Below are positions 1 through 8,816 of a stretch of DNA of 64,000 bases, in pieces (position 1 is the stretch's first letter; every line of letters starts with the position of its first letter). The notes beneath the pieces are model-generated. The model did not search any database and had not been told where the DNA came from. It worked only from the letters and a program-made list of their open reading frames with translations. This DNA is from a virus: the IMG/VR virus record IMGVR_UViG_3300037067_024426. The stretch is one strand, 5' to 3'. The position numbers were made by a program, and so were the translations under genes.

Positions 1-53
1 TCCCACAAGCTTCACAAACGTACTCGTAAGTCATTGAATGAATTACCGTACAG

Positions 54-125
54 AGCCAGCACCGGGAGTTGAACCCGGCTATCCTCGTTACGAATGAGGC
101 GCGTTCCCACGATTGCTATGCTGGC
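54..125 (-). tRNA. tRNA-Thr (anticodon CGU), predicted
   Basis: Reverse complement reads GCCAGCA..TGCTGGC acceptor stem. The T arm is CCGGG-TTCAACT-CCCGG. The anticodon loop is TTCGTAA, with U33 and A37. The anticodon stem closes with one A-C mismatch. The 3' end overlaps the stop of the HNH ORF. Confidence 0.5.
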
Positions 126-694
126 GTTAACTCAAGAGATCGAATTTTCGACCAATATCCGGCCGGTTTAGTTTTGATCTCATATTGTTCACATTTATGT
201 CTAACAGACATATGAGAGACACCGAACTGACGAGCGATTGAAGTTATAGGGATGGTTTCAATGAGTCTCGATAATTCTTCTTTATCGGGCCAGTCTATCT
301 TTTTCGGAGAAGAATTTGAGACAACGTTTTGACTGTTCGAAAAAAGCTCTTCCCGTTTCTTCTTTCTACGTTCCGATAACACTCTTTTTTCTTCGATGTT
401 AGTTTTCAGGGCTTCCTGGACCCAAGCATCGTGTATCTCTCGGTGACAACGACAACAGAGTAAAACGCATTTTTCAATTTCTCGTTTTACGCTTTCCCAC
501 CCGTAAGAACCATTAGATATGGAAAAATCTTTACCATCAGGTTCAGGATGATGAAATTCGAGAGCTGAAATGCACTTATCATAAGCACATTTTTCACATT
601 TCCCGCCCTTATACTCGACAGCTCTTATTTTTATTTTTCGTCGATGGTCAAAGATCTTAGTGCGAAAATAATCTTTTCGATTTCTTTTCTTCAC
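116..694 (-). CDS. HNH homing endonuclease with C-terminal helix-turn-helix
   Basis: HNH motif: ..EFHHPEPDGKDF..NG..LLCCRCHREIH. A helix-turn-helix-like segment SIARQFGVSHMSVRHK is present. The gene is embedded in the tRNA cluster, as is typical for phage homing endonucleases. It ends in TAG. Confidence 0.7.
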   Translation of the reverse strand: MKKRNRKDYFRTKIFDHRRKIKIRAVEYKGGKCEKCAYDKCISALEFHHPEPDGKDFSISNGSYGWESVKREIEKCVLLCCRCHREIHDAWVQEALKTNIEEKRVLSERRKKKREELFSNSQNVVSNSSPKKIDWPDKEELSRLIETIPITSIARQFGVSHMSVRHKCEQYEIKTKPAGYWSKIRSLELTPA

Positions 695-730
695 GATAAA
701 GAAATTTTACCATAAAGTTAACGACTTTTG

Positions 731-816
731 CTCCAGGGGTTGGATTCGAACCAACGACGGGGAATAAACCCAACGGATTAACAGTCCGCTCTCTGCTACC
801 ACTCGAGTACCCTGAA
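731..816 (-). tRNA. Atypical class-II-like tRNA (long variable arm); anticodon loop CTGTTAA suggests GUU
   Basis: The T arm is GTTGG-TTCGAAT-CCAAC. The acceptor is TTCAGGG/CCCTGGA with one G-U pair. The D loop is AGTGGTAG. The anticodon stem is GCGGA/TCCGT. A roughly 17-nt variable arm (GGG..CCC) is present. A long variable arm combined with a GUU anticodon is unusual. Confidence 0.4.
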
Positions 817-824
817 ATAGTTAG

Positions 825-897
825 CGCCCCTGATGGGAATTGAACCCACCTCGACCTAGCGTGACAAGCTAGCGTCCGCCCAGCGGACTTCAAGGGC
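825..897 (-). tRNA. tRNA-Asp (anticodon GUC)
   Basis: The acceptor is GCCCTTG/CAGGGGC. The anticodon arm is CTAGC-TTGTCAC-GCTAG. The T arm is GTGGG-TTCAATT-CCCAT. Confidence 0.65.
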
Positions 898-1111
898 AAA
901 AAAGGAGGCGTACCTCCAAGTTTTGCCTTGTTAGTCCGCCTCCGCCTACTATCATTTGCAGGCAAGGTACCCTCACCGAGCTTATGCCTTGCCATAGCCA
1001 GCGCCGTTGCCGGATAAACAAGGTTCCACTTTTCCGTCGCTAAAGCGCCGGCTGGGTTGGTCCTTAAACCTGTTAGATTGTCAAGGAGCGAGGATCCGCT
1101 TGGATCTTGCT

Positions 1112-1186
1112 TGGTTCCAGAACTAGGATTCGAACCTAGATAACGGGCTTCAGAGGCCCGCGTCTTAACCGTTGGACGATTCTGGA
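1112..1186 (-). tRNA. tRNA-Gln (anticodon CUG), CCA encoded
   Basis: A U1-A72 acceptor (TCCAGAA/TTCTGGA) as in bacterial tRNA-Gln. The anticodon arm is CGGGC-CTCTGAA-GCCCG. The T arm is CTAGG-TTCGAAT-CCTAG. The sequence ends ACCA. Confidence 0.7.
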
Positions 1187-1299
1187 ATAACAACTGTCTT
1201 GAAACCAAAACTGCTTGTAAACAGTGGTCATTCGTGCTGCGACTTGTACTTAACTGAGCTTGCAAACTAACTACTAACTTTTCCTTTTACTGAATTTCT

Positions 1300-1373
1300 T
1301 GGTGGATCTGGAGAGAATCGAACTCTCGCCGACGGGTTAAGAGCCCGCTGCTCGACCATTGAGCTACAGATCC
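1300..1373 (-). tRNA. tRNA-Lys (anticodon CUU), CCA encoded
   Basis: Clean cloverleaf. The acceptor is GGATCTG/CAGATCC. The D arm is GCTC-AATGGTC-GAGC. The anticodon loop is CTCTTAA. The T arm is GAGAG-TTCGATT-CTCTC. The sequence ends ACCA. Confidence 0.7.
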
Positions 1374-1377
1374 AAAA

Positions 1378-1452
1378 TGGTGGGTCGCCTCGGAATCGAA
1401 CCGAGCTCTCTCAGGTTAAAAGCCTGCTGCATCACCATGTTGCTAGCGACCC
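1378..1452 (-). tRNA. tRNA-Lys (anticodon UUU), CCA encoded
   Basis: The acceptor is GGGTCGC/GCGACCC. The anticodon loop is CTTTTAA. The T arm is CTCGG-TTCGATT-CCGAG. The sequence ends ACCA. Confidence 0.65.
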
Positions 1453-1522
1453 GAATCATCTGATTTGGGAATCGCTTCTGTTTTTGCTTCGAGTATCTCA
1501 TGGTCGTAAACTTTCTTCGGGG

Positions 1523-1603
1523 TGAGGCGTCTAGGAGTCGAACCTAGTGTGCCGTAAGGCGACAGTTTTACAGACTGCTTCGCAAGCCGCTGCGAGACGC
1601 CCC
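1523..1603 (-). tRNA. tRNA-Tyr (anticodon GUA), bacterial-type long variable arm
   Basis: The acceptor is GGGGCGT/ACGCCTC. The anticodon arm is GCAGT-CTGTAAA-ACTGT. The variable arm is CGCCTTACGGCAC. The T arm is CTAGG-TTCGACT-CCTAG. Confidence 0.65.
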
Positions 1604-1607
1604 GTAA

Positions 1608-1636
1608 ATTGGGTGCGCGCTACGCGCTGCGGTATA
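1608..1636 (+). promoter_or_regulatory. Candidate sigma70-type promoter: TTGGGT, 18-nt spacer, TATAAT
   Basis: A perfect -10 TATAAT at about 1630-1635, with TTGGGT 18 nt upstream. It points into a region with no plus-strand ORF. A divergent minus-strand promoter-like pair (ATGACT, 18 nt, TATTAT) at about 1632-1662 would drive the tRNA operon. Confidence 0.3.
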
Positions 1637-1642
1637 ATAGCT

Positions 1643-2052
1643 GATTGTCTGTGTTTGAGTCATCGTAATACCAAAAAGTTTTTGGCCGCCAGGATCTTCT
1701 CCGGGCGGCCTCGTCTTACCTGATTAGGGTGAAAAACTAGGCCGCCTTAAGTATCCACCTCGAGATTTCCAACAAACAATGGGCTGCGGGCGATCGAGGT
1801 AGATGAGGTGGTATGTATTCTACGTGCGATACACCACGACGCCGAAACCGTTTCCGGCTTCTGCATCGATTTAGGTGTACCTTGATATAATGCCACGTGA
1901 AAACTTACCTTCGAGAAGTAAAGCACAACTAACAAAGTTGCGCAAGTATCTTCTGTACTAGAGAATACAGCGAACAAGTTTGAACTTACGAAACTCAGAT
2001 ATCCCCAAATACGTCTGAACGCCGGAAGAGAGGCTCTCCGGCGTTCTTTTGA
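1643..2052 (+). ncRNA. Candidate roughly 400-nt non-coding transcript, promoter to intrinsic terminator
   Basis: Bounded by the promoter above and a strong terminator hairpin at 2018-2052. The longest plus-strand ATG ORF inside is about 25 codons. It contains several GC stems: a GGCCGCC/GGCGGCC hairpin at about 1684-1710, and CCACCTCG/CGAGGTGG at about 1760-1815. A second extended -10 (TGATATAAT) lies at about 1881-1891. Confidence 0.3.
2018..2052 (+). terminator. Rho-independent terminator (plus orientation)
   Basis: ACGCCGGAAGAGAGGCTCTCCGGCGT forms an 11-bp GC-rich stem with one bulge. It is followed by TCTTTT. Confidence 0.45.
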
Positions 2053-2107
2053 CTATCTGCACGTTACCCTATATCGAACAGGTAAAACAAACCCTAGATA
2101 CCATCCC

Positions 2108-2461
2108 CTACTGTTGAATCCCCGTATTCACCATCTTCGGAGCCTTACATCCACTATTCATGGATAGCTTAGCGGCGCATTCGACAGGTTGAATCGCTGT
2201 CTTTCCATTTTCATTATGGGAAATGCTGCAGCTCACATACCCATCGCCGTCAGAATCCATATCCGTACAAGAAACACCGATCACTTTAAGTCCGAGCTTC
2301 TGTGCATAAGCCCTGGCTGCCTCTTCTGCTTCTGCGCTACTCGAGGTACATCCTCGGAAGAGGAAATTTCCAGCAAGAGCAGCGATAGCGCCAAGGATAA
2401 CGATGACGATAATCAGCTCGATCAGAGTAAAACCGCGTGTTCTTGGGTGTCTTCGATTCAT
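2108..2461 (-). CDS. Prepilin-type N-terminal cleavage/methylation domain protein (type IV pilin or pseudopilin-like)
   Basis: N-terminus is MNRRHPRTRGFTLIELIIVIVILGAIAALA. This matches the class III signal G|FTLIE with Glu at +5 and a hydrophobic helix. Confidence 0.7.
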   Translation of the reverse strand: MNRRHPRTRGFTLIELIIVIVILGAIAALAGNFLFRGCTSSSAEAEEAARAYAQKLGLKVIGVSCTDMDSDGDGYVSCSISHNENGKTAIQPVECAAKLSMNSGCKAPKMVNTGIQQ

Positions 2462-2515
2462 TGTATTTCTCCTAATATTTCAGATTTGAACTGACTTCCA
2501 TATGAAGACAGTAAT

Positions 2516-2863
2516 TCAATTTACGACTAGTTCAGGTACGAAATCAACGGTGATATCAAGACCTTGATATTGGTCCTGATCTTTGACCCCGTCCCAGAAA
2601 TCCGTAACGAATGTGTCAAAGAGTTCAAGAGCAATAGTCATATCTTTGCTCGATTGCACAGCAAGGATGTATTTTATCTTTTCCTTGCCGGGAACATCTT
2701 CAATATCGATGTTATCTCGAACAACATCATGAACCACGATCGGTTCTTTAAAAACATCAATGAGTTTCTGCGCTATTGTAATGGCTGCTTTACGAAGCGG
2801 TTCTGGAATTTGCTGTAATTGCATTCCAGTTTGCCACTCATTGGATTCTTTCATAATACTCAC
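2516..2863 (-). CDS. Hypothetical protein
   Basis: A 115-aa ORF, tightly packed with neighbours. No recognisable motif. Confidence 0.4.
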   Translation of the reverse strand: MSIMKESNEWQTGMQLQQIPEPLRKAAITIAQKLIDVFKEPIVVHDVVRDNIDIEDVPGKEKIKYILAVQSSKDMTIALELFDTFVTDFWDGVKDQDQYQGLDITVDFVPELVVN

Positions 2864-3205
2864 TTAATAATTGGGAGATCTCTTCTTTACCGGAGGGGAA
2901 AGAGGTTTTTGATATCCCGGTTTCTCCCATGGTAAAAGTGTTGATTTTATACCCGGCGGTTTCTCAGGTAATTTTCCAGAGCTATGAAGATTGAGTGAAG
3001 ACTCAGCGCCGAGATCTAGCTTCTCATACCGACTAACGACCCATGCTCGTTGCTTCTCGGAAAGTTTCGCTTTCGGGTTCAATTCTAAGGGAGAAACCAT
3101 GCTTTGAAAGGCTTCTCGCTCTTCATCTTCGAGCCTTTCGTCCGCTAGTAATGCCTGCAACATTTCTTTTTCAGAAGCCATTCTATCCTCTCGTAAGCCT
3201 GTCAA
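2864..3205 (-). CDS. Hypothetical protein
   Basis: A 113-aa ORF abutting the previous gene. Confidence 0.4.
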   Translation of the reverse strand: MTGLREDRMASEKEMLQALLADERLEDEEREAFQSMVSPLELNPKAKLSEKQRAWVVSRYEKLDLGAESSLNLHSSGKLPEKPPGIKSTLLPWEKPGYQKPLSPPVKKRSPNY

Positions 3206-3461
3206 AAGTTAAGACAATACGTGTCTCATCATCCTTATTAAGTTCGATGTCTTCAGACACAAAGCGAGACACTGTAATTTCCGAAACACCAGCTTTTCTA
3301 GCCAGGTCATTCAAGGAGAGGTCCCATAAATCACAAGCAATGCTAAGAAGCTTTCCTTTTCGCGTTTCCTCTGAAGCAGCGATAAGTACTCGAGGAGGAA
3401 AAGGAGACGGACTGCTTGCGATTCGTAGAAGGATTTTTCTAAGAAAAAACTCGATCATCAC
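3183..3461 (-). CDS. Small helix-turn-helix DNA-binding protein (putative)
   Basis: The segment LNDLARKAGVSEITVSRFVS resembles a helix-turn-helix. Confidence 0.4.
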   Translation of the reverse strand: MMIEFFLRKILLRIASSPSPFPPRVLIAASEETRKGKLLSIACDLWDLSLNDLARKAGVSEITVSRFVSEDIELNKDDETRIVLTFDRLTRG

Positions 3462-3964
3462 TCACTCTTAGCAGGAGCAGGGAGTAATTTCTTAAGCTCT
3501 GCACCAGCTTTCGGTGAGAGAAGAGCACTTGCTTGAGCTGCCCTGAACTGTTTCCGATTGACAGGATCTTTAAAACCTTGCGGGTTAATGATCGCCATAT
3601 TTTCATTCACCCGTTGATGCTGACTGTTTAGTCTGCTGAGTGAAGGTCGCAAACAATTTTGGTAAGTGTCATCACTACCTACAGTTGCTCGCGCACCAAC
3701 TCCTGGCTTGCTATCATAGCCAAGCTTGTAATCTCGTCGAAGACAGGTGTAAGCACGAGACATCGAATTTTGGACGACCGTCTTCTCGTCTTGATCGATT
3801 CTCGCATTCGGTTTGTACCCATTGATTGCCCTTGCGATCATTTCGTGATCGAAGAAAACTCCGGGTAAAGCTTTAGCTCCCGATGCCAGAAAATGAGCAA
3901 TTCGCTTATACGGCTTTTGCCCAGTAAGAGTCTTGTACGAAGCTAGGAAAGTTCTCTGATCCAT
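3458..3964 (-). CDS. Hypothetical protein
   Basis: A 168-aa ORF. No motif recognised. Confidence 0.45.
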   Translation of the reverse strand: MDQRTFLASYKTLTGQKPYKRIAHFLASGAKALPGVFFDHEMIARAINGYKPNARIDQDEKTVVQNSMSRAYTCLRRDYKLGYDSKPGVGARATVGSDDTYQNCLRPSLSRLNSQHQRVNENMAIINPQGFKDPVNRKQFRAAQASALLSPKAGAELKKLLPAPAKSE

Positions 3965-3984
3965 ATTGATTGATCTCCGATTCG

Positions 3985-4851
3985 TTAAAATACAACAACG
4001 CTACTAAGACTTACGTTATATTCTTCTAGGGTTGAGTATGCTTCAACTATTTCCCTGAAGCGCTTTTCTGCTTCTTTATCGCCCTGATTGACGTCAGGAT
4101 GATACGGTTTACAACGAATTCTCATCTGTTTTCTTGCAGAATCGAGATCTACAAGACGGCCTTTTTTCGGTCTATTTACCCCCAATAAGTCACAACTCCC
4201 ATAAACGATAGTCATGGCTTTTCTGTCAAGAGTGCTGAATGGTTTCGGTATAACCTCACCGAGCTTTTCTGTTTTATTGGCTCGGATTTTCATTATTTCA
4301 ATTGATCTCTTTAAATCGAGTTCAACTTCTCTAACTAAGAACTCGATTGAATCTTCTTGAAGATTTGGATTTTTCTTTCTAAGAAGTTCTGTCATCCTAC
4401 TGGTAAGAATCGCTATTTCCGATAAAACGGAAAATTTATCTTCCAGTTTTTTAGGTGGAGATGAAGGTGGTGGTGGAGGTGGTGGGACAGAAACTTCTAT
4501 TTCGTTAGATACTGAAGAATCAATCTTCGGTTTTATTTTTCGTCTTGGAATTCCGGCTTCATCTTCTAAAAGATGAAGTTTAGTTATAGCACCTGAAAGA
4601 GTTATTTCGTTATTATCTATTGAAGGCCATAAATTATCAGAAAGAGGAGAAGCATTGAGAAGTCTTGCTCTTGCTCGTATATTGATTTGTTTATCTTTAA
4701 GATGTGCCGCTATTGAAGCTACTTTTTCATTCCAAGTAGCGTTAGTTATAGCTTCCAATAAACGACGTTCTGCTTTCGCTTTCTCGAGTTGTGAAGGCGA
4801 AGTTTCAACATCCAGGAAAAGTATTTCTATATTACTTTCCATTAGATGCAC
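3985..4851 (-). CDS. J-domain (DnaJ-like) protein with proline-rich linker
   Basis: C-terminal J domain: LLGVNRPKKG..ARKQMRIRCKPYHPDVNQGDKEAEKRFREIVEAYSTL, containing the HPD tripeptide. A PPPPPPPSSPP linker is present. Confidence 0.55.
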   Translation of the reverse strand: MHLMESNIEILFLDVETSPSQLEKAKAERRLLEAITNATWNEKVASIAAHLKDKQINIRARARLLNASPLSDNLWPSIDNNEITLSGAITKLHLLEDEAGIPRRKIKPKIDSSVSNEIEVSVPPPPPPPSSPPKKLEDKFSVLSEIAILTSRMTELLRKKNPNLQEDSIEFLVREVELDLKRSIEIMKIRANKTEKLGEVIPKPFSTLDRKAMTIVYGSCDLLGVNRPKKGRLVDLDSARKQMRIRCKPYHPDVNQGDKEAEKRFREIVEAYSTLEEYNVSLSSVVVF

Positions 4852-5875
4852 CTGAAAGTCTAGTTATCATCAGTTTCAATTCTTCAATCGATGATGATTG
4901 AGAATCAATTTTTTGTTCTAATGCTTTGATCGATTGAGCTTGAAATGTGAGAACCTTTACAAATTGATCAAAAACATTGCTTTCATCGTAATCATTAGGT
5001 GATTGCGGTTCTAACTGAGACTCACCAGTTGTAATACTTAAAATAGTATTCGGATAAACTAATCTAGCAATTAATGGAAAAGAATCATAATCATCCCTAT
5101 CCGAAGATAACCAATACCTTCGAGATTTTCTCTCACCCTCTTTTTCAATGAGGCCTTCTTCAACAGCAGAATTCAGAAACTCTCGTTGAAGTTCCACACT
5201 AATATTACATGATTCAGGAAATAATTCCGGTCTCGTCCATTTCCCGCCGGAAGCAAGTTTTAATATTGACTCTCGAAAAGATGTGAGTACGGCAGTTCTA
5301 TTTTCAGGAAAAAATTCGTTTATTCTATCCCAAGATAATTCATCATTCGTTATATCGGTTACAGAATCCGGGTCTTCTTCATCATATGTTAATTCTGGTT
5401 CCGGTGTTGATACTAGTGTTAACTCCGGTTCCGATACCAATTCCGGTTCTAATATTGATTTTTTCTCTAATTCTGGTTCTACTACCGACAGATTTTCTTG
5501 AACTGTCGGTGTTGGTAGTTCCTCTGTCTTTACGGCTAAAGCTAAAGCTTCATCCCAAATTGAACTTCCGGTAGCAGAGTCATAAGCTTTAACAACCAGT
5601 TCCCAAATTTTATCAGAATTTTTAAATATGCTAGAAAGATTTCCTGAGGTTAAAACGATTTCGCCATCAGTATCATCGAATATAATAAAACCTTCGTTGG
5701 AAAGCTGGCGCATGCAAGCGATTTCCCAAGCTTTCTGATGAGTACCAAGGTTCTTTTTTCTTATATGAGAAAATAGATCAGCTATATTCCCCTTTTTCAG
5801 GGACTCAAGTCTAGCTAAAGTAATCCTTAGATCTGCACTAAGCCAGTCTAAAGAATTATTTGAATTAGGAAGCAT
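4832..5875 (-). CDS. Hypothetical acidic protein with EPEL-type repeats
   Basis: Repeats of the form EPELEKKSILEPELVSEPELTLVSTPEPELTY. The underlying nucleotide repeats generate spurious plus-strand ORFs at 5283-5574. Confidence 0.5.
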   Translation of the reverse strand: MLPNSNNSLDWLSADLRITLARLESLKKGNIADLFSHIRKKNLGTHQKAWEIACMRQLSNEGFIIFDDTDGEIVLTSGNLSSIFKNSDKIWELVVKAYDSATGSSIWDEALALAVKTEELPTPTVQENLSVVEPELEKKSILEPELVSEPELTLVSTPEPELTYDEEDPDSVTDITNDELSWDRINEFFPENRTAVLTSFRESILKLASGGKWTRPELFPESCNISVELQREFLNSAVEEGLIEKEGERKSRRYWLSSDRDDYDSFPLIARLVYPNTILSITTGESQLEPQSPNDYDESNVFDQFVKVLTFQAQSIKALEQKIDSQSSSIEELKLMITRLSGASNGK

Positions 5876-6629
5876 TAACGTCTCCCCCGATAAGAAGAAG
5901 TCGTTCCAGAGCTTCTGAATCCGATAAAATTCCGTCTTTATTCAGGGTACGGATGGCTGCTATTTCATTACGAATATTATTCCCATCATTTTGATGATTA
6001 GATGAATCATCGAGTCTCTTCATGAGAGCTTTATATATTGCAAATAATTTATTATATTCAGCAAGAAGAAGATCTTTTTCAATTCTTAAACCAGATATCG
6101 TTTCTTCTTGCTCTTTGAGTTCATGAATTAGTCGTTCATTATCTTTTTCATACAATCCGATCATTTCAGATAACTCAACAGTTAGTTTGCTTTTTTCCTC
6201 CAGTGCTCTTCTTATCTCTTGATTGAGAGAGTCTTCTCGTAAAGTTTCTGCCGGAACAGGTTTCGGATTAGTAATGAAACCAATGACTGTTTTTACTGTA
6301 GCTGTAACTTCAGCTGATGGAGGGGGAGCTATAGAGTTACTGAGTCTCTTAATGGAGCCAGACAATTCGTTATCAAAATTCTTACTTCTTTTTGAGAGAG
6401 ACGCGAAAGGTTTCTTGCATTTCTTAGCGAATTCCTTTATCAAATCCTGTTGTGATTTGATAGTCATATCTTGAAACAAGATGATTGAATCAAAATCATC
6501 AGATTCTAGATAGACTTCTCCTTCCGGTCTCACTACACGAACAATTTCAACACTGAGTTCTTCTAACTTCGGCTTAATTTCTTCTTCGAGATATTTATCA
6601 GAGAAGCTACTGAAGACAATAGACTTCAT
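5865..6629 (-). CDS. Hypothetical coiled-coil protein
   Basis: A 254-aa ORF whose C-terminal half is heptad-rich. Confidence 0.5.
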   Translation of the reverse strand: MKSIVFSSFSDKYLEEEIKPKLEELSVEIVRVVRPEGEVYLESDDFDSIILFQDMTIKSQQDLIKEFAKKCKKPFASLSKRSKNFDNELSGSIKRLSNSIAPPPSAEVTATVKTVIGFITNPKPVPAETLREDSLNQEIRRALEEKSKLTVELSEMIGLYEKDNERLIHELKEQEETISGLRIEKDLLLAEYNKLFAIYKALMKRLDDSSNHQNDGNNIRNEIAAIRTLNKDGILSDSEALERLLLIGGDVNAS

Positions 6630-7831
6630 GACTTCTTGTCTCCAGACATGTCGCCAATAAGGCTGACAAATTCAATTAGTTCAGGATATTCACTGAATTT
6701 AGCTTGTAGATCAGCTTGGGAGGTAGTTTCTTTACCACCACGTTCAACTAACCAAGCCTTAATTTCATCTATAATTTGAGTAACTCTTTTTGGTTCCGCA
6801 CAATTCTCAAGTGTTGTTTTGAGTTTCTCGTACCATTTCTGTTCAAGAAGTAGAGAATCAGGTGATTTTCCGATTGAAGAAACTATCGGTCCTGAGAAAA
6901 GAGCTCTTTCAGTAACGATTTCTGTTTTTACTTTGATAACATCTTTTCTCTTAGGAGAAGAATTGTTTATTACGCGATACATGAATGGTGGACGATCAGC
7001 GACCATCTCACTGCATTTACTTTGATATCTTCTCTGATCTACTGTGCTTGATCCACGGTAAATCATTGCAGCATAGGCAATTCCAGTCGATTGTTTTTCA
7101 TCATCAATGAAGAAAAGTCCGGCAGGAACTGGAAAACTATGAGTTCTAACACAAACCGTAGAAACATGTCGTATTACGAAAGAAAGAGTTGCATAATTTT
7201 TAGTACCAAGAAATGGGATTTCCCCTCCTTCAACAGGAGGCATCAAAGATCCCGGTAAGTCTATCAATCCTTTGAATTTGGAAGCAACTTTTTCTTTCTG
7301 AGCACTCGAGTACCAAGGCGTAGCAGCCAATGGTAAAAATACTGAATTCATATAAAGATGGAGTCTTCTCGCATACGATTCATCATCTTCTGAACCGAAA
7401 ACTTCAGATATATCATTCTTGATTTTCTCGATCTTCTCAATAGCTTCATCGCCAACACCATCACATGATGACATGAAACATATGATGCAACCATCTTTTG
7501 CCCCATGAATGATGGTTTCACTCAATAAATCGAGAACTTCACAAGAAAGTCCATCTAAATCAAATAATATTAGTTCAAATTGTCGTCTAAATTCTTTGGC
7601 AAATTTATGTAAAGATGCAATATATACGTGCGCACCTGCCGTATATAGGTCTGTTGCTAGTTCCCTACTTTTTCCGCTAGTAACGAGATACGTAGTCGTC
7701 GGATCAAATTCTAATTCTGAAAGAGAAGCAAGCACTCTGAAACTATTTGTTAGAGTATTTCCTTTAGTAAGGAATTTCAAGTCTTTCGCTATAGTTCGAA
7801 TAACGTTATAAACTTGCTCGTCGGTTAACAC
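6626..7831 (-). CDS. Hypothetical protein (401 aa)
   Basis: A long ORF with overlapping stop and start codons. It contains an FDLDG segment. No confident domain call. Confidence 0.5.
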   Translation of the reverse strand: MLTDEQVYNVIRTIAKDLKFLTKGNTLTNSFRVLASLSELEFDPTTTYLVTSGKSRELATDLYTAGAHVYIASLHKFAKEFRRQFELILFDLDGLSCEVLDLLSETIIHGAKDGCIICFMSSCDGVGDEAIEKIEKIKNDISEVFGSEDDESYARRLHLYMNSVFLPLAATPWYSSAQKEKVASKFKGLIDLPGSLMPPVEGGEIPFLGTKNYATLSFVIRHVSTVCVRTHSFPVPAGLFFIDDEKQSTGIAYAAMIYRGSSTVDQRRYQSKCSEMVADRPPFMYRVINNSSPKRKDVIKVKTEIVTERALFSGPIVSSIGKSPDSLLLEQKWYEKLKTTLENCAEPKRVTQIIDEIKAWLVERGGKETTSQADLQAKFSEYPELIEFVSLIGDMSGDKKS

Positions 7832-7862
7832 TTGATCTTATACGCTATCGTAATTGCGATTT

Positions 7863-8462
7863 TCAGCCAATAACCAATGCGATCGCAAGCGGAAGTAAAC
7901 AAACTAAATGGATAACCTGATCAATTGTGATCGTCAGAATTCTTCCGAGTGGAGTCATAGCAAATTCGACAAACCCATAATGATCAAGGGCTACTCGAGC
8001 TTGCTTAACAGTCATTTTTCCTGCTGCAATCTCATCAAGTAGTCCGAGTCTATAGGTATATCCTTCTGATTCGTTAGACTCAGATTTTTGTTCATCCATG
8101 CCAACCGTTCCAGTTAAACGGGTGGTATCTCCATATTCAATGCGCCAACGCATCTCAAGTGGTCTTCTAATATTTTTTGCCCACCATATCACAGGAATGT
8201 ACGTATCCTCGATATAATGCGTAAAGAATACGAAAAGAATCAAGCCTGCTGCTGTGAAATCACCAATCCAGTGTTTCCAAACAGAGAAACAAATTATGCC
8301 TAGAAATGGCAGAGTGTAATAATAGCAGTGCTTTGCTCGAATTTTCCAATTAAGCGGCTTTGCAGTAGCCACATCGTGAGATTGGAAGCTCCAATCAGAT
8401 AAAAAATGAACGAGAACGAGAAGCGCAAAAACGCCCCCGATTTCAGAAATTTGATGTGGCAT
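7863..8462 (-). CDS. Integral membrane protein (about 4 transmembrane segments)
   Basis: Hydrophobic segments GVFALLVLVHFL, YYTLPFLGIICFSVW, LILFVFFTHYI and VCLLPLAIALVIG. Confidence 0.5.
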   Translation of the reverse strand: MPHQISEIGGVFALLVLVHFLSDWSFQSHDVATAKPLNWKIRAKHCYYYTLPFLGIICFSVWKHWIGDFTAAGLILFVFFTHYIEDTYIPVIWWAKNIRRPLEMRWRIEYGDTTRLTGTVGMDEQKSESNESEGYTYRLGLLDEIAAGKMTVKQARVALDHYGFVEFAMTPLGRILTITIDQVIHLVCLLPLAIALVIG

Positions 8463-8468
8463 GCGTCA

Positions 8469-8816
8469 TTAGTTTACAGCGGACGCAGCGGTCTTTTTAT
8501 TACCGAAAATACTATCCCACCCATCACGATAAGCTTGGCTATTTACCATTGAAGGACCGTGAGAGTCATGATCTTTTTGATCCGGAGTCCTTCCATCGTA
8601 AATACGGGTCATTTCAAAAACTGGTGAACTACCAACTTGTTTTAACTCAACAAGTTCCTTTCCGAGAAGACTCTCACCTTCTCCGATTCGTTTCAGTAAT
8701 CCACACTGAGGACCGTGATTAGGATCATTCCTGATTGCTGCAGTAGAGCCATCAGGTAGACTCGGACCTAGAACAACGAGTTCCTTTTTCGGACGATTAT
8801 CATCGTTATTTGCCAT
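8469..8816 (-). CDS. Hypothetical protein
   Basis: A 115-aa ORF. Confidence 0.4.
   Translation of the reverse strand: MANNDDNRPKKELVVLGPSLPDGSTAAIRNDPNHGPQCGLLKRIGEGESLLGKELVELKQVGSSPVFEMTRIYDGRTPDQKDHDSHGPSMVNSQAYRDGWDSIFGNKKTAASAVN

Noticed and set aside
898-1111. Additional tRNA or tmRNA in the cluster spacer
   Set aside because: No T-loop (GTTCRANYC) or acceptor/T-arm pairing could be found on either strand. Only hairpins are present.
657-1265. 202-aa minus-strand ORF
   Set aside because: It lies entirely across the tRNA genes and structured spacer. It is an artefact of the low stop-codon density there.
1694-1860. RNase P RNA-like motifs (UCCGGGC .. GGGUGAAA .. CCGGCUU)
   Set aside because: The motif order is suggestive, but the spacing between the putative P4 strands (about 160 nt) is far shorter than in any RNase P RNA I know. 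I keep it only as a generic ncRNA candidate.
2189-2494. Plus-strand 101-aa ORF
   Set aside because: It is antisense inside the prepilin-like gene, which has a strong, specific N-terminal motif.
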